Shown here piece by piece: positions 8,526-15,463 of a stretch of 64,000 nucleotides of DNA (position 1 is the first letter of the stretch; the number at the start of each line of letters is the position of its first letter). Below the pieces are notes generated by a model. The model made no database searches and was not told the DNA's origin. It was given only the letters and a program-made list of their open reading frames with translations. A program made the translations under genes and the position numbers. The stretch covers positions 762,459 to 826,458 of the forward strand of contig OY760907.1 of the NCBI GenBank assembly GCA_963664195.1. The letters run 5' to 3'. The DNA comes from an uncultured candidate division Zixibacteria bacterium. GTDB taxonomy: Bacteria; Zixibacteria; MSB-5A5; GN15; FEB-12.

Positions 8526-9074
8526 ATGCCAATAAGATCGATCTTTTCACGCACTGCGCTCGCCCTGTTGTTTCTCACTATTTTCGCAAGCTGCACCAGC
8601 CGCTATCGCATGGAGCTTTTTGAAATCCGCGGCGAGGAGCAAAGAAAAATCAAGGTCGAAAAGACACAGTATATCAACGGCGGGATTCTCGCCGATCCTA
8701 TGGCGACAGAAAAGGTTGTCAAGGGCAGAGGCAGCTGTATCGTGTTGAACACCGGCGCGCGAGGCGATATGGCTGACACCGACAAGGCGACTCTCGTCGG
8801 CTACGACAAGTATCTCCGTTACATGATCTATATGCAGCTCCCGGAGAACGTCCGGGTGGAAACCTATCCGCTCAACGACCGCTCCTTTGCCCATCTGCTG
8901 GGGGAATACGAACTCCCGGCTGAAGACAAGATGTTTATCTGCACCGGGGGGAGTTTGGTAGTAGACTCAATCCCCAAGAAGCATCTCTACGGCGAGATCA
9001 AGGCAGACTACGAGAATGCCAAAGGCGAGCCGGTCACGTTCCAGGGCAAGTTCCGTGTGAAAGTCGCGCGGTAG
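8526..9074 (+). CDS. hypothetical lipoprotein
   Basis: 182 aa. Signal peptide plus lipobox: MPIRSIFSRTALALLFLTIFASC. Confidence 0.5.
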   Translation: MPIRSIFSRTALALLFLTIFASCTSRYRMELFEIRGEEQRKIKVEKTQYINGGILADPMATEKVVKGRGSCIVLNTGARGDMADTDKATLVGYDKYLRYMIYMQLPENVRVETYPLNDRSFAHLLGEYELPAEDKMFICTGGSLVVDSIPKKHLYGEIKADYENAKGEPVTFQGKFRVKVAR

Positions 9075-9085
9075 AGGTCGAGATT

Positions 9086-9610
9086 CTAGGAACTCTCTCC
9101 CGCCAATTTCTCTCGTACCGCTTTTTTGAAAAGCCCCAGTCCAACGTCATCAAACAGGCAAAACTGAATCCGTTGCACATGTTTGGCCTGTGACTTCCAC
9201 AACCGCGCCGCCTCCACCATAATGTTCGCACACGGTCGGATCGGGAATCGGCCCACTCCCGTACCGAAAGCCGGCAACGCAACCGATTCAACCTTGAGCT
9301 TATCCGCGATATTGAGACAGGCAATGGTCGTCTGCCGGATCAACACATTGTTCGTGTGAAGGTCCTGCCCCATCACCGCACCATGGATGACATACTTAAA
9401 CGGAAGCTGTCCCGCTCCGGTGAAGATTGCCTCGCCGGGCATAACCGGCCCCTTGGCGGTCGCTTCCTTCTCTATTATGTCTCCCCCCCTGGCCTTGATC
9501 GCGCCGGCCACACCTGACCCCATCCAAAAACGATTGTTGGCGGCATTTACGATTGCTTCGGTATCTGTCGCGGTAATATCACCCTGGATAACTTCGAGAA
9601 TACAGGACAT
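9086..9610 (-). CDS. macro domain protein (ADP-ribose binding/hydrolase family)
   Basis: The C-terminal 174 aa of ORF 9086-10066. GDITATDTEAIVNAANNRFWMGSGVAGAIKARGG is the classic macro-domain signature. The ATG at 9610-9608 overlaps the PAP2 stop (TGATG). Confidence 0.85.
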   Translation of the reverse strand: MSCILEVIQGDITATDTEAIVNAANNRFWMGSGVAGAIKARGGDIIEKEATAKGPVMPGEAIFTGAGQLPFKYVIHGAVMGQDLHTNNVLIRQTTIACLNIADKLKVESVALPAFGTGVGRFPIRPCANIMVEAARLWKSQAKHVQRIQFCLFDDVGLGLFKKAVREKLAGESS

Positions 9611-10182
9611 CAGCTCTCCCCTCCGGTTTTTCGCACGGGGATACGCCCCATGACATACTTTCTGTAAACAATTGCTATCGTCAGACCTATGGTAGCACCA
9701 AGCAATGAACCGGCAAGAACATCCCCCGGATAATGCACGCCCACATAGACGCGACTGATTGCCACAATCCCTGCAAAGCTCAACAGATATACGCGCGTCT
9801 TGGGATACAGGAGAGAAAACAACACCGCCTGGGTAAAAGCGTTGGCTGCGTGTGACGAGGGCATTGACTTCCCACCTCCACAACGGACCAGCAGGTTGAT
9901 GCCGTCGAGCGTATGGCAGGGCCGAATGCGTCCGATCATTGGCTTGAGCAGACTGGATGATATCTGATCCGCCGCCAAAAGCGCCAGCAGCGAAAACAGA
10001 ATCAACCACCTGAGCCGGGCGTCGCCCTTCCAGATAATGCCAACAAGCGCGACCAGATAAACGCACCGCAGCAGAATATCCGAGGTGACTATCGGCATAA
10101 CAACGTCTGTCACCGGATTGGCGAGAGTGACGTTCAAAAACAAGAAGACCGCCTGATCAAGGGCTGTCAATGTCTCAAGCAT
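9610..10182 (-). CDS. PAP2 family membrane phosphatase
   Basis: 190 aa and multi-TM. All three PAP2 motifs are present: KPMIGRIRP, PSSHAANAF and SRVYVGVHYPGDV. Confidence 0.85.
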   Translation of the reverse strand: MLETLTALDQAVFLFLNVTLANPVTDVVMPIVTSDILLRCVYLVALVGIIWKGDARLRWLILFSLLALLAADQISSSLLKPMIGRIRPCHTLDGINLLVRCGGGKSMPSSHAANAFTQAVLFSLLYPKTRVYLLSFAGIVAISRVYVGVHYPGDVLAGSLLGATIGLTIAIVYRKYVMGRIPVRKTGGES

Positions 10183-11113
10183 ACTGCCTCGGCTTTGATT
10201 TCAAGAACGTTTGCAACTGCGCGCAATTGGGAAGACCTGTCCGTGCTCCCATCTTGATACACTTAAGTGCCGCCACCGCCGCTCCCAGTCTCATCCTTTC
10301 AGCCAAACCGGCGCCCTGCAGAAGGCCGTGGAAATAACCCGCATGGAAGGCATCCCCTGCCCCGGTCGTATCCGCCACCTTCACCTTGAACGCCCGTTGC
10401 CTGATAATCCGTCCCTTTTCATATCCGACAGAGCCTTTGATCCCGTCCGTCACCACGACCACACCCTTAGACTCCCTGCCAAGGGTCTCGACAGCCTTGC
10501 GTATCGTGCTCTGTCCGGTGAACGGCAACGCAAACGCCCCGGCAACCACGAGATGATCCACAAGCGGAATGATCGCTGAGACATCGTTGCGCATGGAGCC
10601 GACATCGAAACAGATAGTCGCCCCAACCTTTCGTGCCCATCGCGCCAGTTTCATGCAGGCTTCCATGTCACGACCGTCAAGATGCACCACTCGGGGGATC
10701 GGCAACCGTGCTGTCACAACATCGCGTGTGGTCACATGGATATTTCGATTGAGAACCATCGTTCGCTCACCGCTCCCGCGCTCGATAAGACCAACGGCCG
10801 TATCGGAAGTTCCCCTTTTACATACGACATGGCGCATGTCGACCCCCTCAGATTCCATCTCCCGAATCCCCTGACGACCGGTCAGATCATCAGCAACGGC
10901 CGTAATCAGGGCGCCAGAATACCCCATCCTCCGCAATCCAACCAAAACGTTGGGTACGGGGCCTCCCCCCTGCACGGTCATCCCATCACTGTCGATCTTG
11001 GATCCGCTGGCAGGATACCGGGCCACCTCGAACAGCAAGTCAAACGGCATTATACCGAGGCCGAGACAATCAACCCGGCCGACCGGACTAATCTTCGGAA
11101 GTGATTTCTTCAA
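10175..11113 (-). CDS. PfkB/ribokinase-family carbohydrate or nucleoside kinase
   Basis: 312 aa with the C-terminal PfkB signature DTTGAGDAFHAGY. It overlaps its neighbours by 8 nt and 26 nt. Confidence 0.8.
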   Translation of the reverse strand: MKKSLPKISPVGRVDCLGLGIMPFDLLFEVARYPASGSKIDSDGMTVQGGGPVPNVLVGLRRMGYSGALITAVADDLTGRQGIREMESEGVDMRHVVCKRGTSDTAVGLIERGSGERTMVLNRNIHVTTRDVVTARLPIPRVVHLDGRDMEACMKLARWARKVGATICFDVGSMRNDVSAIIPLVDHLVVAGAFALPFTGQSTIRKAVETLGRESKGVVVVTDGIKGSVGYEKGRIIRQRAFKVKVADTTGAGDAFHAGYFHGLLQGAGLAERMRLGAAVAALKCIKMGARTGLPNCAQLQTFLKSKPRQYA

Positions 11114-11723
11114 CCTTCCCCTTCCCTGAACTCAGTTCGACAAAGGTCGCCACCAACCGTGCGGCCAGACTCTGCCGGACGCGAACCCGCATGGCGACAG
11201 TGTCGGTGAACTCTGCATCAATCACTTCAGCCCCGACGCCCTGCACGGCTCTGAGCCATCGATCGTATAGCGAAAACTCTAAAGAGAACCGATAGTCCGA
11301 TGTGAGATAGTTTTCCCGTGTCCCCGCCAGATCCATCGCCGCCCGTGCCGCCTCGCCATAGGCGCGTACAAGCCCGCCTGTCCCCAGTTTGGTGCCGCCG
11401 AAATACCGTGTCACCACACAAAGCACGTTGGTCACCCCCGTACCATTGACAACATCGTAGATAGGTTTGCCGGCGGTGCCGCCCGGTTCGCCGTCATCTG
11501 AGTACTTGAACTGCATCTCATTGCCTCGACCTACGATGTACGCGTAACAGTGATGATTGGCTGTGTACTCCCGCTTGCGAATAACGGATAGCCTCTCCAG
11601 CGCCTCGTCAACATCGGCAATCAGAAAGACCTCGGCAATGAAGCGCGAGGCCTTTACTTTGGTCTCAGCACTCGACGATCTCGCGATAGTGAAATATGAG
11701 TCTTCTATGGCGGGTTCGCTCAT
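11088..11723 (-). CDS. YigZ/IMPACT family protein (UPF0029)
   Basis: 211 aa. 'HHCYAYIVG' and 'SDDGEPGGTAGKPI' are typical of the IMPACT N-terminal domain. Confidence 0.8.
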   Translation of the reverse strand: MSEPAIEDSYFTIARSSSAETKVKASRFIAEVFLIADVDEALERLSVIRKREYTANHHCYAYIVGRGNEMQFKYSDDGEPGGTAGKPIYDVVNGTGVTNVLCVVTRYFGGTKLGTGGLVRAYGEAARAAMDLAGTRENYLTSDYRFSLEFSLYDRWLRAVQGVGAEVIDAEFTDTVAMRVRVRQSLAARLVATFVELSSGKGKVEEITSED

Positions 11724-11729
11724 GCTGCC

Positions 11730-12671
11730 TCACACGAGAGATTTGATAATGTCCTGAACGCCATCGTATCCGGTGATTGGGACTGCTCCGCAGTCCAGTG
11801 CCTGTTTCAGACTCAGTTCATCGGCAAAGGCACCAAACTCCGGATCAATCATGAAAAACACCAGCTTACCGATTTCGTCACAAAAACGGAGTAGATCCAG
11901 AATGCGGCCGCTGTCCTCGTAGGCTTCGGTGACAACAACCGCCTGGGACAACCCCACCAGCAGACGGTTCGATTGCTCAAGGTTCACGTGGACAAACTTG
12001 TTCTCGGGCGGATACTCGCTAATCACACCGCCGTTCTGCACGATATCGATAGCAACCGGCATATCGTCAGTCCTGGCGATTTCGTCGAGTCCGCAGTTGA
12101 GCACGGCAAACGACGCTCCACCGGCCGTCTTGGCCGCCAGGTGTACGGCTGAGTCGATCCCTCCTACCATTGAGGAGATCATTTGTATCTTCTGGGCGGA
12201 AAACTGCTTCGCCAGCCGAGAAGTCATCTCGATACCCTCACTGGAGGCTTTTTCGGTCCCCACTAACGCGATCGTCCGCTTATCGGCATCGGGCAGTTTA
12301 CCTCGCATGTAGAGTATCGAGGGTGGATCGTTCAGCTCAAACAACAGACGTGGATACAGGCTCTCAAAGCGCGACAACAGGTTGATTTCCCGGTCGTTCA
12401 TACTGCGCTCGATTCTTGCAGCCTCCGGAAGATGTGCGGCAGCGGCGTCGATACGATCGACCGTCGTCTTGTTGATACCCTCGATTTCCGCCAGTTCTTC
12501 TTTCTCAGCCAGGAATATGTTCTCGAGAGTTCGGAACCGTCTCAGTAGTGCGTCCATCAGACGTGGGGTCACGCCGGCGTAACGACACAGAGCCAGAACG
12601 CGACATGTTATTGAGAATGGAGTTATATCAATCACGCGACAATCTAATCGTTTAAGTCCCGAAGTCAACAA
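11730..12671 (-). CDS. DprA/Smf-like (SLOG Rossmann) protein, divergent paralog
   Basis: 313 aa. HhH-like N-terminus, then a Rossmann core TIALVGTEKASSEGIEMTSRLAKQF...MVGGIDSAVH...EQSNRLLVGLS that parallels canonical DprA motifs. It lacks the C-terminal winged helix. The start (TTG at 12671) is uncertain. Confidence 0.65.
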   Translation of the reverse strand: MLTSGLKRLDCRVIDITPFSITCRVLALCRYAGVTPRLMDALLRRFRTLENIFLAEKEELAEIEGINKTTVDRIDAAAAHLPEAARIERSMNDREINLLSRFESLYPRLLFELNDPPSILYMRGKLPDADKRTIALVGTEKASSEGIEMTSRLAKQFSAQKIQMISSMVGGIDSAVHLAAKTAGGASFAVLNCGLDEIARTDDMPVAIDIVQNGGVISEYPPENKFVHVNLEQSNRLLVGLSQAVVVTEAYEDSGRILDLLRFCDEIGKLVFFMIDPEFGAFADELSLKQALDCGAVPITGYDGVQDIIKSLV

Positions 12672-12685
12672 CAGCCGGACCCGAC

Positions 12686-12714
12686 TTGAAATGCAGCGAC
12701 TAATTGCTTATACT
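12686..12714 (+). promoter_or_regulatory. sigma70-like promoter of the TPR lipoprotein gene
   Basis: TTGAAA - 17 nt - TATACT. A GGAG RBS and the ATG at 12739 follow. Confidence 0.45.
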
Positions 12715-12738
12715 TCGGCCCCTTGTAACGGAGAACTC

Positions 12739-13581
12739 ATGACTAGATTATTTGCCGCTATCTTTGCGCTGCTCCTGCTCCTGTTGGCTGGCTGCAGCAA
12801 AACAAGCTCTGTAGAGGAAGCTCGCGCCGCCGGGAAAAAAGCGTTCCTCGATAAGAACTACACAGAGGCTCGCGTGCATCTTCGCCAGGCAATCGCCAGA
12901 GAACCATCGGATAAAGAACTGCTATACCTGATGGCCCGAAGCTTCCGGCATGACTACGAGTACGATTCTGCCCTGTTCTATCTGAAGAAGATCGACATAC
13001 TATACCCGCAGGATAGAGAGGTGGCGACACAGATATATGGCGTGGCCAACGCTCTCGAAGAATGGCGGACTGTCGCCGACGCGATCATGGTCCTTGCCAA
13101 AACCGGTGACGGCTATGAGCGATATTACGGTGAACTGAGCACCCTCTGGAGCAAAATGGAAAGCCCGTATAACGCCCTCTACTGGGGCAGCAGGGCAATC
13201 GAACGGGATCCCGACAATCCGACCTGGTATGTTATTTCTGCAAACGGTGCCTCGCTGAGCGTCTCACCGGATTCTGCCATCACCATTCTGGATTCGGCCA
13301 TATCCCATTTTGGCGAAGACCCCCGATTCCTCGCCAACAAGGCTACTTTTTTGTCTCAAAAAGAGGAATACGGCCAAGCTGAGAAGATGCTTCGCCCGCT
13401 GGTGGAAAGTGATTCCACGGTCCTGATGTACCGTCTGGGGCTGGCCCATGCTCTGGCCAAACAGGATCGTCGGGCCAAAAGGAAAGAAGCTCTTGAACTG
13501 TACAGGAATCTCAGACCGCTGGTAGGGCCGGGATTCAAAATCGATTCGATTATTGTCGATTTGGAAGAAAAGCTCAAATAG
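12739..13581 (+). CDS. TPR-repeat lipoprotein
   Basis: ORF 12691-13581. The ATG at 12739 follows GGAG and gives MTRLFAAIFALLLLLLAGC (lipobox). The upstream ATG lies inside a promoter spacer. The body is helical and TPR-like. Confidence 0.65.
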   Translation: MTRLFAAIFALLLLLLAGCSKTSSVEEARAAGKKAFLDKNYTEARVHLRQAIAREPSDKELLYLMARSFRHDYEYDSALFYLKKIDILYPQDREVATQIYGVANALEEWRTVADAIMVLAKTGDGYERYYGELSTLWSKMESPYNALYWGSRAIERDPDNPTWYVISANGASLSVSPDSAITILDSAISHFGEDPRFLANKATFLSQKEEYGQAEKMLRPLVESDSTVLMYRLGLAHALAKQDRRAKRKEALELYRNLRPLVGPGFKIDSIIVDLEEKLK

Positions 13582-13584
13582 GAA

Positions 13585-13616
13585 GTTGGGCAGGACTGCC
13601 GCCAATCCTGCCCAAC
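13585..13616. terminator. hairpin between convergent genes (possible bidirectional terminator)
   Basis: An 11-bp perfect stem GTTGGGCAGGA/TCCTGCCCAAC with a 10-nt loop, 4 nt after the TPR gene stop. No clear U-tract. Confidence 0.45.
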
Positions 13617-13808
13617 GCTCCACTGTCCGTTTGGACAGAGACAGGAGGGAATTGACTTGCCTCACCCCTTCTAACAATTTTCCTCCCTCTGATGTTTCCC
13701 CTCATACGATTATTCGCCACCACAAGAAAACGGCCGCCCCGGGGAAGAGCAGCCGTTTCTCGTCAAAGCCCTCGATCATGCGCATCGAAGCCTGTCCTCA
13801 GCCTATCG

Positions 13809-14948
13809 TTAGAAGCCGTCGTCGTAAAGGCGTCCGTATCCAGAACCGGCAGACAGTTCATTGCAGTCAATTTTCCAGCGAGCCTGGAACCAGCCACGGC
13901 CCAAATCCGGAGACGATTTGAATTTACCCTTGAGTTCACCAATCATAGCACCGTCAGCATCGCATATCTCACCCATGAACCAACCGCCCGCGCGCCTGCG
14001 TGCGTTCTCACTGGCGTTTGTGCTCGGGTTGGGCCCCCAGGTACCCTTGATAAGACCCTCGAACTTGCCGGCGCGGTCGATCCACTTGCCGTAGAAAACG
14101 TTGCTGCCGTTGTCATCCTGTCCGAAATGCCCCTGCACGTAGCCGACTGCCCAGCCGCGACGGTTGTGCCACACGCCGTTGAAGACACCGTTGCCTTCCT
14201 CATCGTAACCCCAGCGACCGACAAGATGTCCGCGACGGCACTGGTTGGGGAACACCTGAAGCGACTGGAAAGCCACCACGTTAGAGTCTTCGAGAGTAAC
14301 CACGGTATCAAGCGCGGCCAACTCGTCGAGAGTAAACGTCTGCGTGTACGGTCCGGTCTCAAACGTCAGGGTAACCGGATCGCCCGGAATGGTGTCATAG
14401 ACCACGGTCGTATCACCGAGCGTGTCGACGGCGATGATGGTGTCGACAACCGGCGGTACAAAGAGATCAACCGCGATACCGTCGTTGTGAACGGTCGTAG
14501 TTGAGAACCATTCGACTAGTTCGGGATCGGTGCGCGGGAGATAACCGTCCTGATTTAGTTCGAATCGAATAAGGCGCCTGATTACCAACGCACCGCGCGA
14601 GGCGGTCAGAGAACCGGTCCAATCGGTCGGATCGGTGTGCGTCGAGTCATAGCACAATTGACCCCAGACAGCGCGGAAGTGGAACATTCCGCAATTGACA
14701 TCATCGACCATCTCAGCAACTGCCGGCGAGGCAAGTATAACGTCGTCGATTTCTTCTTCCTCTGCCTCGGTTCCCGCAAGATCCGGATCACCAAATGCAG
14801 GCGATTCCGACGTAGCCGTATAGCCGCCGAATTCATCGGTCAGGTTCGGCGTATCGGTGGCAGCCGGTTCTGACGGATTGCTTGAACAACCGACGGCAAA
14901 CACCAACATGGCGAACGCCAGCATTGGAATGAGTGTCTTCTTCAACAT
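13809..14948 (-). CDS. hypothetical lipoprotein with C-terminal Gly/Trp-rich repeats
   Basis: 379 aa. MLKKTLIPMLAFAMLVFAVGC is a lipobox signal. The C-terminal third has recurring G-x-W/F-x-G units (GRWGYDEEGNGVFNGVW, NVFYGKWIDRAGKFEGLIKGTW, GGWFMGEI..GELKGKF), loosely MORN-like. Confidence 0.6.
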   Translation of the reverse strand: MLKKTLIPMLAFAMLVFAVGCSSNPSEPAATDTPNLTDEFGGYTATSESPAFGDPDLAGTEAEEEEIDDVILASPAVAEMVDDVNCGMFHFRAVWGQLCYDSTHTDPTDWTGSLTASRGALVIRRLIRFELNQDGYLPRTDPELVEWFSTTTVHNDGIAVDLFVPPVVDTIIAVDTLGDTTVVYDTIPGDPVTLTFETGPYTQTFTLDELAALDTVVTLEDSNVVAFQSLQVFPNQCRRGHLVGRWGYDEEGNGVFNGVWHNRRGWAVGYVQGHFGQDDNGSNVFYGKWIDRAGKFEGLIKGTWGPNPSTNASENARRRAGGWFMGEICDADGAMIGELKGKFKSSPDLGRGWFQARWKIDCNELSAGSGYGRLYDDGF

Positions 14949-15308
14949 TTTCAGTAATCTCCTATCACCGGGTTAATAGATTCCTAGCTCTTGTCGGGAA
15001 TATAATCAATCTCCGTGCCAAAGCCGCGCGGCCGATGTAAGCTATTGATCCACAACACAGTACACTAACGACACGCCGATGCCGTGCGCACTCGATCTGT
15101 ACCGAGAGGTACATCTCGCCCCGAACGGAGCACGAAACGTGTACCGCTGCGCGATTCCTGTGGCGTACTCATGGCGTAGGCTCAACGGGGGTCTACCTAC
15201 CCTAGTGTCGCAACTCACCGGGGCGCGCCGGCGGGAGGGGCAGATGACAATCTGTCCCATCCTCACGTCTTGAGCCCTCCCATCGTCCCAAAAATCCGGC
15301 CTAAACCT

Positions 15309-15337
15309 TTGACAAATCCGGGTTTTGCCGACATATT
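15309..15337 (+). promoter_or_regulatory. sigma70-like promoter upstream of the tail-fibre-like gene
   Basis: TTGACA - 17 nt - CATATT. This predicts a ~120-nt leader before the ATG at 15464. Confidence 0.4.
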
Positions 15338-15463
15338 AAATAGAGGTCCGGGGCGACCATCTTTGGCCTGATTCCTATGAAGGGCAGGTTCTAACAGCCC
15401 GGACCGGGTCCGCATTCTATGAAATAGACAAATCGATTTCTGTAACCTTACAGGAGAAATACC

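Noticed and set aside
9611-10066. N-terminal 152-aa extension of the macro-domain ORF
   Set aside because: It overlaps the PAP2 gene in another frame. The PAP2 frame carries all three phosphatase motifs. The macro domain starts cleanly at the ATG at 9610, which overlaps the PAP2 stop.
12691-12738. Upstream ATG start for the TPR lipoprotein
   Set aside because: The ATG at 12691 falls inside the spacer of a good TTGAAA/TATACT promoter. The lipoprotein signal peptide begins at the ATG at 12739, which has a GGAG RBS.
13692-14504. 270-aa plus-strand ORF
   Set aside because: It is antisense to the lipoprotein gene 13809-14948, which has a clean lipobox signal peptide. The plus-frame product is low-complexity and Arg/Val-rich.
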